Source of the DNA: Schizochytrium sp. TIO01
Taxonomy: Eukaryota > Protista > Bigyra: Labyrinthulomycetes
Assembly (NCBI GenBank): GCA_004764695.1
Contig: SMSO01000004.1
Span: 2,046,001-2,110,000, forward strand
Length of the DNA: 64,000 nt
Direction: 5' to 3'
Both the position numbers and the translations under genes were made by a program. The notes beneath the pieces were generated by a model. That model saw only the letters and a program-made list of their open reading frames with translations. It ran no database searches and had not been told where the DNA came from. Shown piece after piece: positions 11,880-23,393 of this stretch. Each line of letters begins with the position of its first letter. The first letter of the stretch is position 1.

Positions 11880-12890
11880 ATGAGCGTCAAGCTCGAACAA
11901 AAGGCAGCTGTCAAGGTTCTAAGAAAATGTATTCGCTTTTTGATGAACTTTGAATATATGATTGCAAGGATCATCAGTATCCTGGATGCTCGTGCCTTAG
12001 ACCTTGACCTAAAGCAGCTTGAAACGCGAATGAATTTACTCGTTCTTGCTACTTCATTGCTTTTTACAGTTGCCACGACAGCCGCCTTCACTGATTCAAT
12101 CAGTGAGCCTACAAATGCAGAATATATGAAGATTGCAGAGGATATTGTTGGTGTACGGAAGCTCTATGCCCACAATGGGAAAACTATAGGCACTTTCAGT
12201 GAGCGAGAAATTGAGCGTGCCGAGAAAATTCTCGCAAAAGCTGATGGCAACTTGACATCAACTGCATGGGATGATAATATGCTCACTACATACTTTTCCA
12301 GAGTTGGCTCAGCGCAGCTTGAATCATTTACTTGGCTCATGGTAGCGACCATCATATCGGTCGTCGGTTATTTTATGCTTGTGATGATTCGTCATCCGGT
12401 CTCTGCGAGGCCTCGTAAGAACCGCATTCAACATTCTGGTAATCATCCCCGCTACAGCCCCAAGATGGAGGAACGGTTCCCATACAACATTCTCTACTAT
12501 GTCCAGCTATTTGGAACTCTTTTTTCGATTTATGCTTTTATCAATGGAATTGTACAGGCCAACAAGTACATGCGATACCGTATCATGATCGTTCAATCAT
12601 CAAGCGATTCGCAATATACAAAGATGATTTTACAGGACTTCTTCGATCCATTAGTAGATGGCTCAACCCTCAAGTATATTGGTCTACTCGTTGGTACGAT
12701 TGTGGCATTGTTGGTCACCGGAATGTTTGTGAATGTTGTTGAGCTCATTCGCGATTGTGTCACAGGAAATTTTTGGACAGAAGCCCAATCTGAGGAAGAT
12801 CAACAAGAAGCCAGTACGAACGCTACCATGGCTAATTTACAGGAGAGTTACGGACCTAACGAGGAAGATCTCAGAAAGCTTTATGCGTGA
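11880..12890 (+). CDS. Hypothetical multi-pass membrane protein (336 aa)
   Basis: Long ORF between AT-rich flanks with about four hydrophobic helices. No family recognised. Confidence 0.7.
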   Translation: MSVKLEQKAAVKVLRKCIRFLMNFEYMIARIISILDARALDLDLKQLETRMNLLVLATSLLFTVATTAAFTDSISEPTNAEYMKIAEDIVGVRKLYAHNGKTIGTFSEREIERAEKILAKADGNLTSTAWDDNMLTTYFSRVGSAQLESFTWLMVATIISVVGYFMLVMIRHPVSARPRKNRIQHSGNHPRYSPKMEERFPYNILYYVQLFGTLFSIYAFINGIVQANKYMRYRIMIVQSSSDSQYTKMILQDFFDPLVDGSTLKYIGLLVGTIVALLVTGMFVNVVELIRDCVTGNFWTEAQSEEDQQEASTNATMANLQESYGPNEEDLRKLYA

Positions 12891-13693
12891 GATTTGAGAA
12901 CAAAGAAAGTAACAATGTTTAGGTTGTTATTAACAGCATCTATAACTGTAAAGAAGTCACATATAATGAAATAAAATTAAATAAACAAATAAACAAATAA
13001 AATACACAAAAATAAACAAAATTGTCTCTACTCTCTGCGTTTGAGAGCTTGGTATAGCGTAGTAAATCGGAAAATCGTTTTCAGACGATCAACCTTGTCT
13101 TAGAGTATCATTTCTTATTACAAAGAACCAAAGAACCAAAATATATTTCTCTTTTACGGGAGCCTCTGCTATAAGGATTTAAAGGATTCTATTTGTTATT
13201 TGAAAAAACTTAAAAAAAAAAAAAAAACAATTAAAAAAAAAAGTCCGTTGAATTCCGATGATCAAATTCGTAGCAACATGGGACCATGCTACAAAGATGA
13301 ACGCATATATGTTACGCTACAAGCGCCTTGGTAAAACAGCTCCAACCCTCTCAATTTGAGAGCTTCGGTTAGAGTGTCATTCCTTTCTTGGAAAAAGAAT
13401 TAAGAAAAAAATAAAACTTGGACTTACTGTATCATGAGGTCTGTTTGTTTTAAATTCAAAAAACAATGAATCAAGTAGTGTGTACCTTTTCAGGTTCTGA
13501 CATCTGGTCTGAGGATCTTTAAGAGGTTAGTGTGACACTCAGTCTAGAGATTACGACTACAGAAGATGTAAGAGGTAAACGGCGCAGCACAGACATCGAT
13601 TTGCCAATACGTAAAATCTCTTCAACAGAGGCGAGGGCATTGAGTAATCTGAGATCGATTGCTGTGCTCTCCGAGCGTTAATACTTCTACATC

Positions 13694-14933
13694 ATGTCAA
13701 TGCAAACAGGGATCACTCAGTATGGTTCCCGGACTTTGGTGGGTAACTGGTCCGAGGATGTTCAAGAAGATGAAATCAAGTTCGCCGAATACCTTGCACG
13801 AAAACGGAAAGATGAACTTTTGCTATCGGAGAGGCATGCTGTATTTCAGCATGCGCTGCAAAGCTGCCCTTTAACGTATCGCTGTGAAGGAGATTCTGTA
13901 TGTTATGGAGACTCGATCATGCTTGAAAATGTTGAAACGCAAGGTTACCTTGCAGTGCACCCGCACGGCCAGAGTTGGGCTGTTTCCACTTGGAAAACTG
14001 AGGACATCCGGCCTGTGGCACGCAATGTTTTCCGGATTGTCCTTCCCTCAGGTGAAGCGCCTCTTGATACACCTCTCCGCTTTGGAGACACATTTTGTCT
14101 AGTGTGCGACCCTGTAAGTTTTATCGCTATCTGTCATCTAATTCCCCTCATCAACATTCCAGTGGTCAAAATAATGATCCATTTGGTTTCGACTTTGTTT
14201 GGTTGGTTGCAACTAACGTTACGATTACTTTTGAGTTACTTAGACTCTCACAACTGATGCAAAAGGAGTTAATCTTTCCAAGGCTTGGCTGACTTGTGAG
14301 CCAAAGTCATTTAACCGACTTGCAAAACTCTCCAGCCAGTCAGAAGTCTATTTCGCATCATCGTATTCTCGAAATGCAGAATGGAAAGTTGAGTCAACTT
14401 TGGCTGGCGGCCATGGTTGGCGTGTAAACACAGCGCGAACTCATCTACGAGTTGGAGAGGACTTCACGATCAGACACAAAATGAGTAACCTCGCTTTGTC
14501 TAGCTCAACTGAATTTAGTTTTCGTGGCAAGTTATCTGAAGCTCAGGAATGTGAAGTATTCGGGAAGCCATCGAAAAAGAGCGCGGGAGTAAATACATGG
14601 CGTGTTAACGTTGCTTGTGATCCAATCATGGCACTGGAGAACCGAGTTTATCGCGATGTAGATTTCGAAGCAGCGTGTCAATCCCTGCTTGATGCTATTG
14701 AAAATACTTTGGATGATTTTGCCCGAATGTTGGAGGACATTGAGAGGCACGAAGCTCTCGAAATCGTTGATGTTGTACACGCCATCAAGGAATACGCGCC
14801 GTCCCTTCATTCCAATTATGTGGAGTGTTTCTTGGCGAATATTGGTGAGTTGACTGTGAGCAATATTATGCGGGTTCTCGTCAGTAACAATGCATCACTC
14901 GAGGAGAAGGAGGATGAGGAGGAAAAAATGTAA
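13694..14933 (+). CDS. CFAP161: Cilia- and flagella-associated protein 161-like (2 exons: 13694-14113, 14244-14933)
   Basis: N-terminal YGSRTLVGNWSED motif, then YGDSIMLEN, RPVARNVFRI, LRFGDTFCL and IRHKMSNLAL. Phase-0 intron GTAAGT...ACTAAC...TTAG (14114-14243) joins ORFs 13694 and 14400 in frame. Confidence 0.8.
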
Positions 14934-15184
14934 GAATTGACAAAATCAAAGAATGAGGTTGTACCTTCAAAAGTCAAAGGATTTGGCTACAAAAGGATGA
15001 GACCCTCGTTACTTTCTTAGTCCTCAGACAAACGGTGAGTAGATGATTCGAACACCCTTTTAAAAAATCAAACATCGTTCACGAAACTCGTATGTCTCCG
15101 TTCATTCATTGAGGACATAGATCAACAGGGCGATTCTTAAGACATATAATTTTATCGTTGTTTATAGGTTTACCTTTTTTTAAT

Positions 15185-16540
15185 TCACTCTTCATCGCTT
15201 TCAAAGAACATCACACTGGACACATTGTTAGTGTCAATGAGGCCACCTTTGTAGCCACCGCGTTTCTTCTTGTTTTTCTCGTGACGGAAGTCCTTGCCGC
15301 GCACACGGACAAGGGTATCATTGGCTCGGGCGCCCCATCCATCAGCACCAAAGGCTGCGACATAAGAGTTGTCCTTCAGGCGGTCGTCGTGGATCTGATT
15401 GTTCCAGAAGTCCACATTAACACGTTGAAAGCGCTCGCCCTCCTGGCGTTTCCGGGGGGGCTCTTCTGTGTCAATTCCAGCCATAGACCGGCGGCGTTTG
15501 CGCGGGTTGAGTTCGGGAGATGGCTCCTCCGCAACGACAGCGGGCTTTGCCTCCTCCTTGGTTTCCTTCTTCTCCTTTTTGTCATCCTCATCGTCAGAAT
15601 CCTCTTCCTCAGAAGAAGAGCTTTCTTCCTCATCGCTGGACTCCTCCTTCTTGGCCTTCTTTTCAACCTTCTTGGCTGCGGGCTTCTCGTCTTCCTTCTC
15701 GTTATCAGAGTCCTCTTCTTCCTCCTCCTCAGAGCTCTCCTCCTCAGAGCTAGACTCCTCCTTGGTTTTCTTGGCCTCCTTCTTAGCAGCAGGCTTCTCG
15801 TCCTCCTTTTCGTCATCAGAGTCCTCCTCTTCCTCAGAGGAAGAGCTCTCCTCCTCAGAGCTAGACTCCTCCTTGGTTTTCTTGGCCTCCTTCTTAGCAG
15901 CAGGCTTCTCGTCCTCCTTCTCGTCATCAGAGTCCTCCTCCTCCTCAGAGGAAGAGCTCTCCTCCTCAGAGGAAGAGCTCTCCTCCTCAGAGCTCTCCTC
16001 CTCCTTAGTTTTCTTGACCTCCTTCTTAGCAGCGGGCTTCTCGTCTTCCTTCTCGTCATCAGAGTCCTCCTCCTCAGAGCTGCTCTCCTCCTCAGAGCTC
16101 TCTTCGTCAGAAGACTCCTCCTTCTTTGCCTTCTTCACCTCAGCCTTTTTCTCAACAACCTTCTTCTTGTCGTCCTCATCATCGTCATCAGAGTCCTCCT
16201 CCTCAGAGCTGCTCTCTTCTTCGGAACTAGAGCTCTCCGCCTCCTTTTCGGCAGCCTTCTTGACGGCCTTCTTAGGCTCTTCGGATTCCGAGTCCGATTC
16301 CGATTCCGAGTCAGAGTCAGAGTCGGACTCTTCAGAGGCCTTGTCCTCAGGCTTGGAGCTGGCAGGGGTGGTCTTCTTGTGGTTGGTGTAGAGCTCCTTC
16401 AGGGAGACATCCTTTACAGCAGGGATGGTCTCGCTGACGGCGGACTCGAGTTTCTCGGCGAGCTTGGCCACCTTGGGCACTTTGCTTGCGGCAAGGTGCG
16501 CTTTGATAAGTGCCAAAAGCTCCAACTCTGTGGCGTCCAT
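15185..16540 (-). CDS. SRP40: Nucleolar SRP40/Nopp140 (NOLC1)-like phosphoprotein
   Basis: LisH-like N-terminus, alternating acidic Ser-rich and Lys/Ala-rich repeats, and the SRP40_C domain (FQRV...DNSY...GWGARANDTLVRVRGKDFRHEKNKKKRGGYKGGLID). ATG at 16540. Confidence 0.93.
   Translation of the reverse strand: MDATELELLALIKAHLAASKVPKVAKLAEKLESAVSETIPAVKDVSLKELYTNHKKTTPASSKPEDKASEESDSDSDSESESDSESEEPKKAVKKAAEKEAESSSSEEESSSEEEDSDDDDEDDKKKVVEKKAEVKKAKKEESSDEESSEEESSSEEEDSDDEKEDEKPAAKKEVKKTKEEESSEEESSSSEEESSSSEEEEDSDDEKEDEKPAAKKEAKKTKEESSSEEESSSSEEEEDSDDEKEDEKPAAKKEAKKTKEESSSEEESSEEEEEEDSDNEKEDEKPAAKKVEKKAKKEESSDEEESSSSEEEDSDDEDDKKEKKETKEEAKPAVVAEEPSPELNPRKRRRSMAGIDTEEPPRKRQEGERFQRVNVDFWNNQIHDDRLKDNSYVAAFGADGWGARANDTLVRVRGKDFRHEKNKKKRGGYKGGLIDTNNVSSVMFFESDEE
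15690..16210 (-). repeat. Intragenic tandem repeats (~110-130 bp units) encoding EESSSEEE...DSDDEKEDEKPAAKKE
   Basis: Near-identical DNA units such as TTCTTAGCAGCAGGCTTCTCGTCCTCCTT recur within the SRP40 ORF. Confidence 0.9.
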
Positions 16541-17652
16541 CTTGATCAATGAACACAAGCCCGCTCCGCAAACGCGACGAAGGTCTACGCAAACCTCGAC
16601 AGCGAGCGAATGTGGAATTGCCTTGCCAGGAATGCAACCCAATGTAATGCGTACAATGCAATGCAATGGAATGGAAGGTGGAGCTTGCCAAACCAGTAGT
16701 TCTACAGGGGTAGTATGGAATTATATGTGGACCTTTGAGTTACTTTCTATTATAAGAACACTGCACTCAATCAATAGCGGTGGCACCAATGTCAACTCTG
16801 CCCCTCTACGCACCACACGGGACCGCCCCTTTAGTTAGCGTTGAGTACTATGTTACAATTATTGATTGACATTTGATGAACGAACTATGGGCGTCAGTGT
16901 CAGTGGCGGAGACGAATAAATTTAAGTGTACACACAGAGGTCGTAGGTGGATGGCCTTCAAGTGGTGAGGAAATGTCTGTAGTAGGAATACTGTTAGGAA
17001 GTGGGTAAGTAACAATCCTATACAACGAGGCAGATTGTGGCAGGGGTAACCTCCATGAGAGGATTTGCATCATACAGAAAATCTTCAAGTATTTAAGAGA
17101 GGCCTGTTGTGGAAATTTACTGCGCGCATGATCAAATTAAATGCAATGGGGTATAAGAGGGAACACTACTTAGTCTTACATAAGTAGAGAGAAAAGGAAA
17201 GAGGTTAATCGTTACTTTCTCGCTCGGATTCTCACATCTATGGAGACATATTAACTATAGTCATCGGACCTCATTATACTTCATTCTTGAGCGGAAAGAA
17301 TGCCAATCACTTTTCTAGTTTTTGAATTATTAATGAACTTTCCTTGAGCGAGTCGAACGGTTGAGTAAACTTGGTCTCATTTAACTCCAATCCAACATGA
17401 TGCAGGCCAATGTGCACACGGGAGTTCGCGTGTAGCACACATCAAGAATCAAAAGACTGCACAAGACACCTAATGCCGCCTTTTCAAAGCTGGTGAAAGC
17501 TAGGGTGGAACTTCTAAAATTCTTTGCATGCTAGGTAATATGAAGGTAGGGTTGAAAACAAGGACGGGCGCTTTTCGCAGATGGTGCAAGTGGGGAAAAC
17601 CATTCCTCTGCACGTGCTGACTATAGAAAGAGAGCACAACGCAGGATGGTCT

Positions 17653-19092
17653 TTACATTTGCTCCAGAGTTGTATCGATCTGCTTGACAGCCAACTTCAT
17701 GATATCAGCATTGAAATCGTCATCTTCCAAAATAAGTTTTTGCTGAACAGTGTCCTTGGCGAAGCCACAGGCGCGGAAGATGGCGACACCTCCAACAAGA
17801 GAGGAGACGCGCTTCTTAAAAGCCTCATTCTGTAAGTTAACCTGCTTGAACTTGGGCTCCTCAGGGTTATCTAAGATGTTGCTAAGCATCTTTTTTATTG
17901 TTTTTAGGGCGCGTTCACCATCACCGCCAGCACGGTACGCGGAAAGATCCTTGGTGGCCTTTTTGATCTTTTCTTCTGCACTCAGAGCGGCTTTTTCCTG
18001 ATCTTTGTCTTTCCCGAGAGCGCGATCGTAAGCTTCCTGGAAGGCCTTTTTCACCTGCTCTGGGCTCTCACCACGGCGTTTCGCAGCTTCAGCAGCGCGC
18101 TCAGCCTTGTCGTTCGCGATTTGAACACGAAGGCGCTCACGTTGAGCCTTTGAAGCTTCCTTTTCTCTTTTCTCTGCTTCAATTTCTCGCTTTCGCTGCA
18201 ATGCCTCATGTTCTTCCCTGCAGAGAGAAAACGATGCAAATAAAATATAAAATGTAGCAACAAGGAGTTAGGGCTTTGTGTTGAACGATATCAAGGCCAT
18301 CTGTACTGGATGACCCATGAACTTACTTTAATGCAGCCATCTCGCGGCCACCACGCCGACGCTCCAGCTCCCGGGTGAGTTCAGACTGTTTCTCCTCCTC
18401 ATCGCGTTGCTTGCGGCGCTCTTCTGCCTTTTTCTTAAGTTGTGCTAACTTTTCGGCCTTCTCTTCCGCAGTCAAGGGAGGCACCTCAATATCAGATTCC
18501 TCAAAGTTCGAACGTCCAGTCCTTTCTGCATACAGCTGGGCATCCTGCATTGTGCGAAAGAGTTTGCCTGTCTCCACACAGCGATATGAGCGGGCCTAGA
18601 ATAATGTGACGTAACACATGCAGTTTTTTTAGAATTAGTTTACCCATTAATCCCATCCAGAATTCTAGTGCTCATATCTACTACAAATTCAAATCAGTTT
18701 GGGCTACTTACAACCTTGGGCGTGTCCTCTTTTTGTGAATCGTCACCCATCGTGGAATCTCCGTCTGCATCTTTCGCGCCGTCTTCGGCTTCTTCTCCTT
18801 TGCCATCGTTATTTACAAGCCATTGAAGCTGTTAATAGAATTTCACAAATCCCAAAGCATAGATTAATCATCTTGTAGATCCATAGGCGTGGCGTTAGAC
18901 CTCTACAACGTCTGATCTCATGTCATTGGCTCTAGCCTCTGTCGGGTGAACCAGGCTCGCGCTATAACGTACCGCCGCGTCCACAGTGGGTTGCTCGGCC
19001 TTCGCCAATGCTCGCTTGCATTCTTCTTCGGGAAAGCCCATCTCCTTGAGCTGCTCCAGGACAGACTCTCCTTCGCTCGTCACCGCCGCCAT
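17653..19092 (-). CDS. UBA - degenerate zinc finger - coiled coil - PUB domain protein, putative p97/CDC48 adaptor (4 exons: 19092-18973, 18828-18712, 18595-18327, 18217-17653)
   Basis: UBA domain LEQLKEMGFPEEECKRAL...VDAA|LQWL is split by an intron. PUB domain: ALKTIKKMLSNILDNPEEPKFKQVNLQNEAFKKRV...IFRACGF. All three introns are GT-AG and preserve the frame. Confidence 0.88.
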
Positions 19093-20470
19093 CTCGCCTT
19101 TCACTACGACCTTCCTCGTCCGTGCCTCGTGAAAATGTGTCCTGAGCCGCGTGTATTTGCTCCAAGATCTTTGCTTGCAACTCTGCTCTCGAACTCTCGA
19201 AGATGTTGATACGATTGTTGTCTCTTATTAAACTCGTAGTATTGGGAAAATCGTAAATCGGAAGAGGACCAAGGCCGTTTAGGCCCCTTCACAAGCTGAG
19301 GTAAATAAATGATGCAGCGCTCATGCAAAAGATGCGCACCCTGCAAAAATAAAGGTGCGTCTCAAGAATATGCATTTATTGCTATGCTGACGACTATGTC
19401 GAAAGAGATTTCGTTCTTATCAGCGAGAGTTTATAACCAGTGCTTATGGTTCAGCTTTTACAATTAGAGGCAAAAATCAAGTAAAAGCATCGCCCTCATG
19501 GCACGCAATGCTGATCTAACCTTTCATTTCTTCGAGAATCAAGGAAACGAAGATCACCATCTTAAAACAGAAGAGTCAAAGTTCATGATAATTTGGCTTG
19601 CATAGGTGATCTAGACGATTTATAGCAGACATTTTTTAAAAAAGGCAAGCTTGAAAGCCATCATTCTGAAAATGACTTATTCTGTGCGGATTCTCAGCAA
19701 CAAAAAACGAAGCTGTTTCGCAATTTGTACTCTGCCCACTGTAATTCTTCATATATGTATATATATATATATATAATTTTTCCTTTGTAGGTGCATCTTG
19801 AGATGTCTCACCATACCGTCTATGATACGCATTGATGATCTATTTCACTACCTATATATTACAATTCCAATGTACCTTTGAAACATAACTTAGGCTAGGA
19901 GTTACCTGTGCATTCAAAGTCTAAATACAAGGATTGATAGGAGCAACCTTTGGCTAGTGCTATGCTTTTGCTTTTCGGAAGCTTCCCAGTACCTCAAGAA
20001 AGAAGGTTTGAAGATTAGAAACCCCCAAAATTTAGGCTTGTAGGTACCATAAATATTAAATGCATCGTAAGAATAGATTGCAAATCAGCGCACCGTTGCT
20101 ATCTCACCATGTTTTCTGTTTCCTTCGAAATGAGAGTCTTGCTTTACTCCCTTTATCCCACGTATGAGACGCTACCTAGGTAGGTAGGTATACGTAAGGT
20201 ACATCTTACTATCTGGTGAGTAAGAGAGAAGTGTGTACCTCCTTAATGGTCATAAATGAATAGGTACCAGCGCGGAGCAACAAAGTTGACAGCCTTAAGC
20301 CTTGGCGCGGACCTGAAAGAAGTGACACTCAGTAAAGGAAGCGCGATATACGCAAGCATGGAAGCGAGTGGGTCAGCGTTGTGACTTTGGGCATACCTTA
20401 TTTGATTGATCTGATCGGCCAAGCAGAAGAAGGTTTGCGGACGGGTAAAAGTGCGGAAGCGAGGTGCAAG

Positions 20471-21007
20471 ATGGAGGACCTTGACGCGTTGAAGTTGCCA
20501 GGCGGGGACTACACGGGGGAATTTGTGAATGGGCGTATGGAATCCGAAACATCAGTAGAGTACAAGTTCGAAAATGGTACGCGCTATGTTGGGCCTTTTG
20601 AAAATGGTTGCTTCCATGGTGAGGGTACATTATATTTGCCAGGGAAGGGTGCTTTTAAGGGCACTTGGGAAAAGGGTCGCGTAGTAACTGGGGAATTTAC
20701 CTTTGATGACGGCTTAACATATGAGAATAAACCAGAATGGGAATTCTGCTCTGCGCGCGACCGTAGGTTCTGGGAAGAGCACCAAGAGGGTATTAAGCCT
20801 AACGGAGCAACTCTGCTTCGCAGAGGAGAGAACACGATTCCCTTTGGGATGTTCGACTGCCTCGAAGGATATTACAACCCACGTACAGGCAGCATTCATC
20901 ATTATGTAACCAACGTAGTTGTTCGCAAAGTAAGCCCTGAAGAAGGAGATATGATTCGAGATCGTGCATTTTGTGGGCTTCAACTACAAGAAGGCAAATA
21001 TGACTAA
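20471..21007 (+). CDS. MORN5: MORN repeat-containing protein 5
   Basis: Three MORN repeats (YTGEFVNGRME, YVGPFENGCFHGEG, FKGTWEKGR), followed by FTFDDGL, WEFCSARDRRFWEE, GIKPNG and IPFGMFDCLEGYYNP, typical of MORN5. Confidence 0.88.
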   Translation: MEDLDALKLPGGDYTGEFVNGRMESETSVEYKFENGTRYVGPFENGCFHGEGTLYLPGKGAFKGTWEKGRVVTGEFTFDDGLTYENKPEWEFCSARDRRFWEEHQEGIKPNGATLLRRGENTIPFGMFDCLEGYYNPRTGSIHHYVTNVVVRKVSPEEGDMIRDRAFCGLQLQEGKYD

Positions 21008-21371
21008 GTGTTACAAATAATAGAGAATGATATGTGAACCCCACTTTGAACTTTTCTTCAGAAACTAAGCAGGCTTCAAAATTGTACTGATCTTCTGTTT
21101 TTTATTTCCTTTTTAAATGATTTAAAATGGTAAATTCTACCTTCCATTTTAATACCCTACCCTTTCAGAACTTCAAGTCCCCGGTTCAGGATCTATGTTG
21201 CACTTGTCATTTAATCAGTGTATATGCTTCTAGCCTTTTCCAGCAAAATGCCTTAGTAGCTGTTTTGTTATTTGTTTCCAAAGCATTGCAGAAGAAAAGT
21301 GAACAGGAAAAACAACTGATATTATCTGAAATACCTAGGTGTGCCATATTTCTTTAAGTGTATGTTGCAAG

Positions 21372-22670
21372 TCACTTGTGCTCAGCAGCGACAGCTTCAT
21401 CCATGAGGTCAAGCAAATCGTCATCTTCGTCCTCATCAGCTACTTTTCTAGCGCCAGCTTCTACACGGCGGCTCAAAAATCTATCTTCGTCGTAGTCCAT
21501 GCTCAAATCTTTTACGCGGTCGTTAAGAGATCGGTGAGTAGCCTTTGCATTAACTTTAACAGTTGGACCATAATCAAAATGTTTAGCTTCCGCAGAAGGC
21601 CTTGGCTCATCATCTACGTCAGCAACAGGAGTGCAGTCTCTATCCAACAGATTAAAGTCTTCGTTTGCGGCTCCAAAAAGATTTAAACGAAATAAGGAAG
21701 CAGATCTTCGAGAGTTACCCTTGGGTGGAACAATTAAGTCAGCTAGAATATTCATTTCGTCTGCACCACTGACTGACTTCTGCTCTAGACACTTTGTTTC
21801 CGCTGCATCGCGTTCCTGCTCGTCCTCAGGATCACTTTCATTCTCCTGGTCATTGTTTACGCTCTTGTTAGATTCTGCCTGATCATCAGGTTTAGCACTT
21901 GCTCCCCCTCGGTATTTAATGTAGAGGTTATCACCAAGCAGAGCAGTGGTCTGACGATAGTCATTCTCGTCAAACTCATTAATTCGTGCTACTCGATGAA
22001 TCCCTAGATCTACTTCGTGCTCCCTCGAGACATTTGACTCGACATCGAAGTAGCGTACTTTTCCTGGTACTGGCGTTTCCTCTGGACATGAACCATTGAG
22101 ATCAATGAAGAAGCGACCATTCCGCGCTTGGAAGTTTTCTTGAAGAAGTAAACTAATCTTTACGTTGCGACCCTTGAGAAATTCAAGCAAAGTCTGGCGC
22201 AAAACCCATATTTGCCCGCTTGACATACCTCCATACTGCGTTTGAATGCGCTTTGCACAATTGTCGAGCAAGGGTGTCAAACTCTCACTTACCATGGAGC
22301 GAAGTTGATCAATGTGTTGTAGAGAAATGTCGACAATATCCCGCGGAGAACGACTAGACACAATTTGAAACTTGAACACCATTGTCATCAGATCGTAGAG
22401 CTTGGACATACTCGTTTCATTCAACTTCATGATCGAACAGTGCGCAAGTTTCTGGAAAATGTGCTTGGTTGCTTCGAATGTGTATGTTGGGCTAGGCTTG
22501 AAAAGCTCCTTTATGAATGCCTCGTTGAACATAGCGCCAATGACCTCATCAAGAACTTGCCGAGCTTTGTCTTGCGGGATTTGTTGAGCCTCAAGTCTCT
22601 GACGTAGGACGTACATCATTTCGCCCCCAAGGTTCACAATCACAATAGGCATTGCCATGTGAGAAGCCAT
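21372..22670 (-). CDS. OSCP1: Organic solute carrier partner 1 (OSCP1/NOR1)
   Basis: MPIVIVNLGGEMMYVLRQRLEAQQI, LAHCSIMKLNETSMSKLYDLMTMVFKFQ, LGDNLY and the C-terminal DDLLDLMD. Confidence 0.93.
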   Translation of the reverse strand: MASHMAMPIVIVNLGGEMMYVLRQRLEAQQIPQDKARQVLDEVIGAMFNEAFIKELFKPSPTYTFEATKHIFQKLAHCSIMKLNETSMSKLYDLMTMVFKFQIVSSRSPRDIVDISLQHIDQLRSMVSESLTPLLDNCAKRIQTQYGGMSSGQIWVLRQTLLEFLKGRNVKISLLLQENFQARNGRFFIDLNGSCPEETPVPGKVRYFDVESNVSREHEVDLGIHRVARINEFDENDYRQTTALLGDNLYIKYRGGASAKPDDQAESNKSVNNDQENESDPEDEQERDAAETKCLEQKSVSGADEMNILADLIVPPKGNSRRSASLFRLNLFGAANEDFNLLDRDCTPVADVDDEPRPSAEAKHFDYGPTVKVNAKATHRSLNDRVKDLSMDYDEDRFLSRRVEAGARKVADEDEDDDLLDLMDEAVAAEHK

Positions 22671-23393
22671 GGTGTCCGATTGATTATCCGGAAGAAGATG
22701 AATTACTCAGCTCTTCTTTACGCTCAAAACCAGCGCGCGCAAAATGCAATTTCTCTTGCCGTATCTCCTTAAAGCAGTCAGTTCCTTCTTGTCTTCCGCT
22801 GCAGTCTCTGTTTCGTCCAGGTGCGAGAACAAGCAATATGTTTGGTTGCCAATAATTGCACTTTGTTTTAGATGCAAAACTTAATTTGATTAATTATGTA
22901 TGTATCGTTCTTTCAACTAATAATTTATTCATGTATTAATACATTTATACTAAATAAATAAATAATAAATAATGAAGGAGTGATATGGCAACACAGATAA
23001 TAATATTGAGGACCGTTAGACCTCTTTATTGATACTAAAGTGGCTTATATCTTTCTTCTAACCTCAAAAGAGTGGACCTTTTAATGGCAGACTTCTGTCC
23101 ATGATCTGCACACCATTAGAGATTCGATGTTAAGCGGGTATAGTTGTTTGAGCTGTTGCTCGACCACGCAGATCGTTTAGCGATACCTTAAGGTTAAAGA
23201 AGCATAAAAGAATGAAAGAATAATTGAGAATTGAAGCACAAATCACTAAATTATAATTATTATTTGACCGGACGTGGCACTTTCGATGTGAACTTTCGAA
23301 ACCGTGGCGAAAAGAAATTAAGAAAAAAAGAAATGTGCTATTTAAAAAGTGGAACCTTCACTCAATCTGGACATACTTTGAGAGGTGGATATT

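Noticed and set aside
11750-11880. Possible upstream exon ATGTCGAG|GTAAGA for the 336-aa membrane gene
   Set aside because: Splicing to the nearest CAG acceptor runs into an in-frame TAA before 11880.
15158-16552. 464-aa Leu-rich and 307-aa Ser-rich plus-strand ORFs, and an Arg-rich alternative frame
   Set aside because: Antisense or alternate-frame shadows of the repetitive SRP40 gene.
22844-22856. X-box-like GTTGCCAATAA upstream of OSCP1
   Set aside because: Only a half-site match, and RFX regulation is not established for this lineage.
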